Source: Lytechinus pictus
Lineage: Eukaryota
Assembly: GCF_037042905.1 (NCBI RefSeq)
Contig: NC_087245.1
Location: 10,046,001-10,110,000, forward strand
Length of the DNA: 64,000 nucleotides
Direction: 5' to 3'
Shown piece after piece: positions 42,601-54,600 of the stretch. The translations under genes and the position numbers were made by a program. Numbering within the stretch: the stretch's first letter is position 1; every line of letters starts with the position of its first letter. The notes beneath the pieces were generated by a model. That model did no database searches. It saw only the letters and a list, made by a program, of their open reading frames with translations, and had not been told where the DNA came from.

Positions 42601-45600
42601 AGTGAATTATATGATCAATTTTTAAACATAGAACTAGAGCCAACAACATAATATTCATTGTTTGGGGAAATAAATCTGGGGAAATTCATTAAATATTCAT
42701 TATCTTCTATCACTATTGAATGGAATACTCAAGTGAAAAATCAATGAAATATTGAGTTTTAGTAGTTTTCAGGCTAAAATCATCTGAACTTCAGGGAGTC
42801 TCTTCAATAGCCATGGAGACTAGAAACTAACAGTACACACGTCATTGATATGCACCTCCCCCTAAAGAGTTGTAATAAACTACTGATATTGCAGATATGA
42901 CTGAGCAACATGAAATACATACCCTTTCCTCTTCTTCTGAATCAGAGAATTCCTGTATGAAAGCAAGTGGGTGGGATGGAAATGAAGAGCCAAATGCCTC
43001 GGTGAAAATGAAGACTTGTTTGCATGTAAATGCATTGAATAATAGATGAACATGAATATATCATATGAAAATATGGCATGAGAAATTAATTATTTATACT
43101 GTGAAGTGATTTTTTTTACACAATCCCCAGATCTCTCAACCTGTACCAATCTCATTATGTTTACAATTCTCTATCTTTCCTATTCTCTCTCCCTCTAACA
43201 TCCTTACTTTATAGCCCTCTTCTCTCTACCACTCCCACTCTCTGGCTTTCTCTCTCATTTTTCATCAAATTCCAACAGGTTATGAACAATTATTTTGATC
43301 AAATATGTAAATGGCCTTGCATAACATGAAACTGAATGAAACCAACAAACATAAAATGATATCTGATATATATAAACAACAGTATAATATAATGTTGGGG
43401 GAAAAATCCCAAACAATACAAATCATGTGTGCTTAGGATATGGATTATGGATGTTCCGCTCATCATGCACAAACCAATATACATATTCAATGAGCTGTGA
43501 CCTTTGACATACAGACTAGCAATTACAAATGGACCCGTACTTGAGTGTTACGTACCTACACCTGACAAGTTATCAAAATTCATCCACCATTTTCAAGTTA
43601 TAACATGGATACCAATTTGGGGATGGATGTAAGGCAGAATGGCATCAAATCAAAAGATCAAAAAAATGAATGAGGAGATGAATATGAATATTCACACAAG
43701 ATTTTATGAACAAAATGAAGATGACTTACATCCTGGACAAAGATAAACTCTGGAGATTCTGGAGATGCCCTCCCCTCATCCTCCTCCTCTTCTTCAGCTT
43801 CATCTTCATTCTTCTCCGCTGCCTCCTTTGCGGCTTTTTCCTCTTCTTCCTTCTTCTTTCTCTCTTCTTCTTCTTGCCTCTCCTTCTCTGCTTTCAGTTT
43901 GGCCTCCTTGTCTTCAGTTTTGTCAGTATTAGGACTCTTTGTTTCGTCTTTGGCAGTTTTTTTTGTTTTCTTGGGCTTCTCTTGCTTAGCAGCTGGTTTC
44001 TTGGTCTTTTTCTGAATCTTTTTCTTCTCCTTTGGTGGAGCTACAAATTGATTATTTTAAGAAATAGTGAGTGGAGAAAGGCAGAGAAAGATAGATTTTT
44101 GAACAGCTAACTATATTAATTTTTCAAAACATTGTTTTCTGACTAAATATGCTTCAGTCCAATTTTTCTTCAAGTTTTTAAATTTCATTTCAAATTATGC
44201 TAGTTTTATCATGGGCGTGTTGCAGTAGGAGTTGCATTTTGAGGAAGTAATTCCTAAAAAAGCTGTACGCACCGGAATCGGTAGACTAGCATAGCCGGGT
44301 AATTGAGCACCTAGCAAGGTCGATATGTGTGCTATGCAAATCATATATTATCATTATCATTATTAAAAGATTTTTTAAAGAAAACTAAACAAATCAAGAG
44401 CCAGTTCTCAATATACACATCTAAAGGCCATCGCACACCTTATGACTGGTCCACGATCCGATTTTAGAACAAATCACATTTTGCTCATTTTCTGAAAATG
44501 TGAATGAAAACTATCTTTTTATTTGAGCTTTGAATAAACTGTTAGAATACTAACATAACAATTTTGGATGATTGCAAGCCTGTATATTGGGGTAAAGGAC
44601 ATATAAGTTTCAAATCGTAGCAAATCTATGATTGCTATGACACCACTACGACTAGATATTAAATTCGCTCTTATTCTGTGATAGCATAGTCACAGATTTG
44701 AACAAAGGTATTCGTATGATTTAGAACATAACACAGTAAGATATTCCATGTCTCAATATTAGCATCAAATTCTTCTACGTTTTATTCAACAAGTGGATTT
44801 AATATAGCAGCAGTGCTAACTTTGAAAACTACTATAAAATAATCATTCACAAAAACACCATTCATATAATGACATAATACCACGTTCATTGACCATAGAT
44901 GACATTTGAACGGTGACTTAAGACTTGTCAACTACACCCATGTCCACATTTCATGCACTCTATCAATAAACTTTCAAAGTTATGATGGCAATTCAACAAT
45001 TACCCCAACATGGCCTACGTTTATTGACCTTAACTGACCTTTGACCTTGGTTTTGTGACCTGAAACTCACAGGGGATGTTCAGTGATACTTGATTACTCT
45101 TATATCCCAAGTTTTATGAAATAGATCCATAAACTTCAGAGTTAGGATGGTAATTTAACAAAGACCCCCAACACGGCAAAAGTTCATTGACCTTAAATGA
45201 CCATTGACCATGGTCATGTGACCTGAAACTTGCACAGAATATTCAGTGGTACTTGATTAACCTAATGTCCAAGTTTCATGAACTAGATCCATAAATTTTA
45301 AAAGTTATGAAGGTAATTCAACAAATACCCCCAACTTGGCCAAAGTTCATTGACCCTAAATGACCTTTGACCTTGGTCATGTGACCTGAAACTCAGGAAG
45401 GATGTTCACTAATACTTGATTAACCTTATGTCCAAGTATCATGAACTAGATCCATAAATTTTCAAAGTTATGATAGTAATTAAAAAAATACCCCTAACTT
45501 GACCAAAGTTCATTGACCCTAAATGACCTTTGACCTTGGTCATGTGACCTGAAACTGGTGCAGGATGTTCACTAATACTTGATTAACCTTATGTCCAAGT

Positions 45601-48600
45601 TTCATGAACTAGGTCCATACATTTTCTAAGTTATGATGACATTTCAAAAACTTAACCTTAGGTTAAGATTTGATGTTGACACCGCCGCCGCGGTCGGAAA
45701 AGCGGCGCCTATAGTCTCGCTCTGCTATGCAGGCGAGACAAAAATCGGGTCGCGGACTATTATTAAGGTGTGCGGTGGTCTAAAAAGACTGACAATCAAG
45801 TTGATTTTATTTTTGAAGTTGTGTTTGATTGCAACTCTACAACAGTTTTCAGTTAATACTGTGGAACTTAAACCATGTGAATGAAAATAATGTTCATTTG
45901 ACAGGGAAGTTTTCTTCAACATTTCCTTACCACCAAGTTTTCACTCTATAGATATAAATTTCTATGATGATGCCAGGAATGCCAAAACCAGTAAGACAAA
46001 GAGTAAAATAACACATTAAAAAACATGAGAAATGGAAAAATAAAAGTATTTTTGTAACTAATGTTGTTTAATCATATACGAGTCATGTTGGTAAATGTAT
46101 CAATTAAATGTATCAATAAACATGTTTCTTTATCAAACACAAACCACCACTCACGTTTTGGTTGTTCCTTTGGAGGTTCCGGTGTCATAGGCTTGTACAG
46201 AAGAATGTCAGTTTTACTCTCCTTTGGCACACCTAAAGCAAACATCAGACAAAATAGGAAGAAGAAATACAATTAATGAAAATCATCACAGAACATATGT
46301 GTAACCACAGTCTGTATTTTAGTAATTCACTTTATTCACTTATTAGTACCTTGAACCTTTTGAATTTCTAAAAAGGCCTACATATTGAGATTTGGGTCAG
46401 AACAATACAGTTCAATTTTTATTAGAAATGATACTGTTATATATTACCCTCCCTGAAAAACTACAATGTCATATCGATGAAAATGTAAGCTTGATGGAGA
46501 TAATTGTATAAAATTCCAGAGGCCATATATGGGTATGCACCAGTAATATATATCATGAAAAAAAAAACGTGTTTATAGTGCCAACTTTTAGAAGTCGATA
46601 CTGAAACGTCTCCCAGGATTTAGCAGTGCAGCTGTTACGTACACTATGTTTCAAAGAATGAATATCTACCCGGTCCTCATTTTCCTCAGCTGAGATGAAA
46701 GCAGGACAGGATTTATAAATTTCTCTTCCTTGCATAAAGCAACATAAAGTAGAATAATTAGTTATTTTATATAAAGCCTTGTGAATTCTTTGAAACCTTA
46801 CCAACAATAAAGGCATCCTTGTCATCCTCTTCTGCATCCTTAGACTTCTTGCTCTTAGAACTCTTGGAGCTCTTGGTACTGGTCTTGGTACTCATGCTCC
46901 CCTTCTTGGACTTGGAACTACTCTGATCCAGGAGTCCTGTCTCCTGGACTATTTTGGCAAGTTCGTCATTCAGCTTGGCATCAAAGTCATCTGCTGGTTT
47001 CTCTTTAGAGGGGAAGAAGTAGAATGAAGTTTGAGGTGTATATATCAAATGAAAGAGAGACATACTGATGAGAAGAGGTGAGCGAGTAAAAACATAACAA
47101 AAGTTGGAATCTTTAAGGATAGATATATACAGATATATACAGTTTCAGATAGAAATTGACATTGTTAAGATGTTGAAAAAATAGAATTGTATGCAGGGTG
47201 GGATCTAATATTTAATAAAGGATGGGGTACAGATATCTCATATAAAGTTTGTCATTCAGAGAAAATAACATGTTTTCTTCAGAGTTCTCTAAGAGGCAAA
47301 TTTTAAATAATCAATAAGAAAGTGTTGTAGTGTAACCACGTATAAATCTAAAGAGAGAGAAAAATGAAGAGGGAATTAATGCTTTAAAAAATAGGTACTT
47401 TGTCAGTGAATATTGTCAATTTTCTGGTAAAAAGGCATCTGTGTGTGTTGGGTAAACAAGGGGGTTGGAGGCCTGACTCGTACATCCATATATGCATGCA
47501 GATATTTATAGTAGAACAACAGAAACACAGAAATCAAAGGAAAGTAGAAGATGAAAAGATATTGATAGGAAGGATGATACATGGTGCTGAGCTCACCTGG
47601 TTCAGGAGGAGCTCTTACAACCAGAGTAGACTTCTCCGCATCTTTCTTCTCTGCCACGCCGAGATTGGTGACACCAAAACCCAAGGGACCATTGTCTTGT
47701 GCACCATCTCCAGCAGCATCTCTTTTCTTACTTTCAGCAGATTTAGAACCTAATGATAAACAATCATATCATGTATGAATGTGGTTTGTTTGCTAACCCA
47801 GGTCATGCTGTGAGAGACAACTCTTTCCCAAATATTTGAGTTATAACCATTTTCTTTTTGCTCAGGATGGAATGAAAGTTCATCATTCAGACACCTGCAG
47901 TACCTGTTAAATATATTCTATCCCCTGCATCCTTTTTCTGTTTAATTACTGTGCAAGCAAAAATAAACTTCTAAAGTGATTTTTTTTAATTTCTGATATA
48001 TTTAGAATTTTAATAGCTGTGGCTTCATTTACATGAGCTCTTGATAAACCTGAATGTTTCATGTATAAGTAAGACTGGTGCTGGTGCAATTATCATGAAA
48101 GTCACTCCCTTTCAGATACATATTTCTTATGGGTCCTTGCAACAGAAGGGCAGATCTAATACTGAAAGCAAATTTTACGGCTTGGCTTAGACCACTCTAG
48201 CACAGCCCCACAAAGGCAGAATTCCTGAAAGGGGTGACAGCATATGCCCCATTACCTCAAACAAAATTTGAGAAATCACATCAGTTCACAACAATTCAAA
48301 TCTGTATAAATCCACAGCCAAGTACTTAAAATAAAAAAGAGGAAAATAATTCAGTGATTTTTTATATTTTTTAAATCTTTCAAAACTTCGACCTGTTTAA
48401 ATTGTGTAGATTGATAAAAGGTGAATTAAAACGGCTAATCCTGAATTTCTTTGTAAAAAATTGCATATTGAAATACAGTAATAATCATCATAAAAAAAGT
48501 GCACCAATGTGAGACCTGCAGAGAATACTATTACGGAAAGCACTTCTGAGTAACATGAGCCAATAAGCTGAGCATTGTAAGTACCTTGATATAGGCTTTT

Positions 48601-51600
48601 CTGTTCATGGCAAGCCAGGAAAACACAATATTTTGTCTGCAGGTTTTTATGATGATACAATGCAGTAACTGTTGGTGTTCTTTTATATTATGATTACAAA
48701 TCAAACAAACACATTCATGTGTCCCATCACCTCATACTTGTATGCATATGGTGCAAAATACACAAGTATTGACAAAATCTTGTGTGAGAGTAGACCATCA
48801 TCATGTGAGACCTAGCTTGCATCTCTAATGAGGAGGAAACTAGATTATCTATCAAGTTTAATAACACTGTTCTTGATAGACATACTTCTCTATCATCTCT
48901 TCACTTATCTTGTTCATTGTGCATAATCAAATGTGCATCCGTTTGATCCCCAAGTACATTACAAGCAACCTGACACACACACACTCAAGCAAAGCTTACT
49001 CTTTCTCCTTTTATTCTCTTTCTCTTTCACAACCGGCACCTTGACTGGTTCTGCCCCTATACTTAATTCCACCTGCGGTTGTGGCTGAGGAGAAGGTGCC
49101 TTGGGCGGTGCACCGGACGGTGCAGGCGGCACTGCCTTCACTTCGGTTACCTCACCTTTTGGAGAATCTACAACTACTGATGGTGCTTTAGATGACACCT
49201 TTGATGGTGTCCCAGATGGTGCCCCAGACGGTACCCTAGATGATGCCTTTGAAGCTGCTGATGCCGGTGGCTTTGGAGTAAGTACCGCCAGTGCTGACTT
49301 GACACCATCATCAATGGTCTCCTTGGCTGCCTCTTCCTCCATCACTGACGCCCGACTCCTCACTGTAAACTCCTTTTCTGAAATCGTCTTTATTTCATCT
49401 TCTTCATCTTCCTCTGTGTCGCCACCGTAGTCGGTGGTAGATGCAATAGACTCAATAATGATCTTCCTTTCGCTGATGTCCTCTACTACAACAATGTCTT
49501 GATGATTGAGGTTATCTTGATTTTCAATCATTTCTGAAACCTCTTCACCAATCCTCACATTGATGTTTTCTTCTGCTACACCTGTAACCATGTTAGATGC
49601 ATTACAAATACTCTTTACTTTCTCAAACATAAACAATAATCCAATCCAAATTCTTTTGGTAGACTTCACTGATATTCACAGAATGTTTGTTGAGTTGAAT
49701 AAAATGCCTCAAAAAAATTTTCTTTAGCTCTTGGCTATATTAACCTGAATGTATGCCTTTGAAAAAAAGGGGGAAAAATCAATGTATTTTGTCATGATTG
49801 TATTAAAGAAATTTTACTTCGTAAGATTAAGGTCTTCAAGATCAAAATATTCTATATAAAAAACAGTATTGTTTCATCATTTTTCTCTTTCTCAATATGC
49901 ATAAATGGGAAACTACTATGCGTAAGAAGGCTGACTTTGATAAATAGAAAACCACAATCCTAATTTCAAACTTCTAGCATTGCTATAGATTAAATGGTAA
50001 GATCTTTTATCATTTTTGAATGAATATCAGCAATAATCCTGACATTTTTACTTAAATCTTTATAAAAACAAATTCAAACAACGAAGTGGTAAAAGGTTAT
50101 ATAGAAAGATAATATCCAAGATATGTAAACAAAACTGAAATCACCAAATGAACTCACTTTAAACACAACTTGTGAGAAAAATTAGTAACACACTCAGAAA
50201 CAAGAAATATTAGTAGATCAGAATTGAAAATCCCTATGTGCACCAAGAGTACAAACAAATCAACATTAAGAACAGTCAGGATTTACCATTACATGTAGTC
50301 CACACGAGGTTATTTTCATGATGGTTTAATTTCCCCCACAATACAACTTCATTACTACATCTATTTCTTCTACAATTGATATTATAATAGTATTTTATCA
50401 TATGAAAATTAATATATATAATTTTTTGCTGTTACTCATATATCATAAAATCTATTTTTGTGCTTTACTGGCCAAAACTATTCATGTTTAATGCATACTT
50501 TATGAAAGAAATGTTTAAGAAAAATAATTTTCATTTCAGATAGGATGGTGATAGAATTGCCAGTGATATTAACTTTTCTGTATCAATTCATTTCAACTTG
50601 CCTGTATTGGCCTTTATTATATTAGTTTCATTTTAAAGTCCAATCACATATTCATGTACTTGACATAGATGTCATTGGCATAAATACAAACTTTCTGATG
50701 GAAGATCTTTATTGAAATACAAGCATCTGGCTTACCATAACACTATGACAATTAGAAGGAAATTTTCACCTACATGTTTGAGAAAGTGAAAGCCCAGCAC
50801 CTCAGCATATATGAAAATAACATTAAATGTGATGTTAACATTGAAGAAAAGAGAAATTACATGAAAACAGACATTCCTTGCATACACAGTTAATTGTTAA
50901 AAGATACAAGTACACCAGGTGGAGTGTTTCACAAAGATTTACTATGACTTAGAGTCCACTTAAATGTCCAAATGTGTGCTGAATAAATGGCATCACCATT
51001 GGTCAAACCATGCGAAGAGGGATGCGCTACTGCGTATTAATCAATAAGATTGCATGTTACATATCATGTGCATGTCAGCACTAAGCATGACTTCAAGTCA
51101 CAATTAACTCTTTGTAAAACATCCCCCAGGCCCATTTTACGAGAGTTTCAATTGTTCTGATCAACTCAACTATGGAAATCCAGCAAATTCTTCAATTCTT
51201 CACCCATTATCTCTCTAGAAAACAGAGGAGCACACCGATTTGTCATGGCAACGATACATATGTCATATTTAGAAAACAATTTGGACAGACAAATGAACTC
51301 AGTCAGTGGCTTTCCATAGTTGAGACTGATCAGATCAATCATAACTATTTGTAAGACAGGGCCCAGATTCTGGAATGTTCATCATGATTCTTGTAATATC
51401 GCCACCATAACCCTATCACCAACTTGCTGCAACCCAAAGATGGTGTTATCTCTGAATTGCTAGCCATATTTTTAGTGGCACAAAACCACCTTTGGCATGT
51501 CACAACAGGTGAAGATTTAATTATGACTTAAAGGAGAATGAAACCCTTGAAACCAGCTGGATCCATATCAAAGAGAAAAATCAAAGAAACATATTGTTGA

Positions 51601-54600
51601 AAGTTTGAGGAAGTTTGAATGAATAATAAGAAAGTTATGAGCATTTGAATATTGAAATCACTAATGCCATGTAGATCCTCCCATTGGCAATGGGACCAAG
51701 ATCTGTGATGTCACACAGGTACAACTCCCTCATTACTTTAGTACTTATTTCACTTATATTCTCACTTTTATAGAGTCTATCACAAGGTGAGGTGTTCTTT
51801 TTATGAGAGGACAAGTACAGAGGTTTCACAACATTATATCATTGATGAATCGTTTGTCATATGATTAGAATAAGCAAAAAGAGATGTTTTGGGGTATATT
51901 TTCAGTGTCCAAAAGGGGAGAGTTGTTCATCTGTGACATCATAGATCTTGGTCGCATTGCCAATGGGAGGATCTCCATAGCATTAGTGATCTCGACATTC
52001 AAATGCTCATAACTATTCTATTGCTAGTCCTATTTTACTCAAACTTTTGTTGATCTTATTCTTTGATTTTTCTGCTTTCACAAAAGCTAACTTGCTCCAA
52101 GAGTTTCATTCTCCTTTAAGAGTTGCACTTAAATGCCTAGTTGCGTGCATTATAAAAGGTATGTCTGCGATGGTCAGATCATGCTAAGGGAACGTACACT
52201 ACTGTGTATTAATCAATAAGATTGCATGTTACATATCATATATACGCATTGGCATTTAAGTGCAACTCTAAGTCATACTTAAATCTTTGTGAAACACCCC
52301 CCTGGACTAAGATTACACATGATCACCAGAACTTGGAGTGAAAAGAAATCAATAAAGTAAAACAAATCTTTGATTTATTCTCCAGTACGAGATGAGACCA
52401 AATTTTTTTTCAGAATTTTCTTTAAACAATCCACATTGTGCCATAATGAAATTGGTTCTGATTAATGTTTTTGAAAAAAAAATTAATATAATTTTACATA
52501 TAAATTTTCAACTTCCATAAAGATATTGCCAGGAATGCAAATTCATACACGTCACTCATTTGTTTTACTATGCTTTTCACCCATTGTTTTCTGTGTGTTG
52601 TTTGATAGATAAAGATATAACAGTTTGCACATATTCCCCAAATACAATACAATCAAGTTACATTATTGTATGAAGATGAGTTTTATTGAAACCGACTCAA
52701 ATAAGAAAAAAGACCATCCACCAATGCTTGTATAATAAGAGAAATCACATGAAATACACAGAACCAAGAACCAAGAGAATACAAAGATAACAGATTAGTT
52801 TGAAATTAAAGCTCACTGCACTCTTATCAGATCAAATTAGGATCCATTTCCATCTCCATCATCAAGTAATTGAATCAAGATTGAGACTTCTGAAGTCACA
52901 TGGTTTTAACAATCATAAATTACGGGATACTTAAAACGCAATGGGTAAGGTAAAGACTCAGATTGCATTGTTTTCAAAGATAGTGTCTGTGCACTTATCA
53001 ATTCAAAGCTATGAAGACATACTCATAATTTGAGGCTTATTTGATATTTGTTTTTAACTCTTACAGTCCACAGAATCATAAACTTCTTATGTAATGAAAG
53101 AATCATGAATTAGGATCAGCAGTACAAAAAAGAGAAACTTTCGGATCATTTTTGGGGTAAAAAAATGGACAATTGATCTGTATGGAGTGCAATGAGCAAT
53201 AGATGACACCGCAAGAAGACAGATAGTGCAAAAGACAAGATACATACGGGATATAAGACTTTCTAAATCAGCATCAGACAGGGTATCTAGCTTGTCAGGA
53301 TCTGAAGCTGTTAATAATAAAAAACAAAGCATGGGATAATTGAATCTGCAAATCATATATATCAAGCAGCTTAAGCTTTATTTAGTCAAACACAACATGG
53401 CAAGCAAACTGAGCAGGGAGTAATGTGAAGCTCTACATCATTAATAAATATGAACAACAATAAATAAAATATTCAGATATATCATTAATTCATTATTTTC
53501 AACACTTGGCATAATCTCCTTCTATTCATTTATTCAACCATGTATTTGTTCATTCTAACCCACTCACTCACCAACCCATTCACCCACTCACTCACCTGCC
53601 CACTCACTCACTCACCAACCAAACAACCAACCAACCAACCACTCACTTACAGACTCACTAATCAACTCACTCACTCACTCACTCAATAACTTCCTCACCC
53701 ACCCACTCACTTACTGACTGACTCACTCACTCATCCACTTACCCACTCACTCATTGTCCAATGGCTTGAAAAATAATATTAACAATTCAATAAGTAATAC
53801 ATGCAAAATAATATTATAACAAAACTGGTAAAACGGGCAAGATAGCAAGGTAGCATCAGAGTGGTTACACTTGTAACAGAATAAGCCTTTGTCGTAACAG
53901 CATGAAAATATTCAATATTACAATATCTTCATGAATTTTGTAACAGAGTTATTACTTATTTACTATGTTGATAACAAAAATAACACAAGATTCATTACAT
54001 TGAAGATTTACAAATTACAAACCTGCATTCAAATATCAGTACTTGTGATAAATGTAGGCTACATGTTCATTTAATCAAGCAATTACCAGTTGATAGCATT
54101 CACAACAGATGAGTTCATATTTAACGCAAATTCTGTAAAGTTCAATTTCTTCATGATTTTCCAGTTGCAGAGGCAGTTTAATGTTACATTCATGTATATA
54201 TATATATATACAGTGCGTCCCAGAAAAAACGAAACCGAGATTTAGCGATGATTTATCATAATTTAATCACAAATAAAATAGACAAATGACCTACCAATGT
54301 AAAGCTTAGAATCTCCTCTTTCATCTGATATTACTTAGATTATTTCTCCTTTACGCATGAGTGAGCAAAAACAATTTGAAGAGGGGATACCAAAAAGTCA
54401 TTTGGCGGGTTGTATCTAGCTTTCAAAAGGAAAACCACATTTTTTAAAAGTTCAATATCTGCTCTTTAATTTGATACCTCAATTACAGAAAATGGTCAAG
54501 AAATAACAAAGTTCTGGTTATTTGAAATAAGGCTTGAATTTCAATAATTTCATAAAATGAAGAGGTTTTACAGGCTAGCGTTCAAACTCACTCGACACTC

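Larger units (their letters stand above)
44425..45781. mobile_element. PIF/Harbinger-like MITE (TIR about 41 bp) interrupted by a Helentron-like insertion
   Basis: Left end aggccatcgcacaccttatgactggtccacgatccgatttt versus reverse complement of right end agaccaccgcacaccttaataatagtccgcgacccgatttt; TAA-like flanks. Confidence 0.75.

Noticed and set aside
43706..44110. 134-aa Phe/Leu-rich 'membrane protein' ORF on + (similarly 36351-36617, 37886-38128, 49101-49430)
   Set aside because: Antisense shadows of coding exons on the minus strand.
45019..45640. Regularly spaced repeats as a CRISPR-like array
   Set aside because: Whole 163-bp units are repeated with no unique spacers; eukaryotic intron context; no cas genes.
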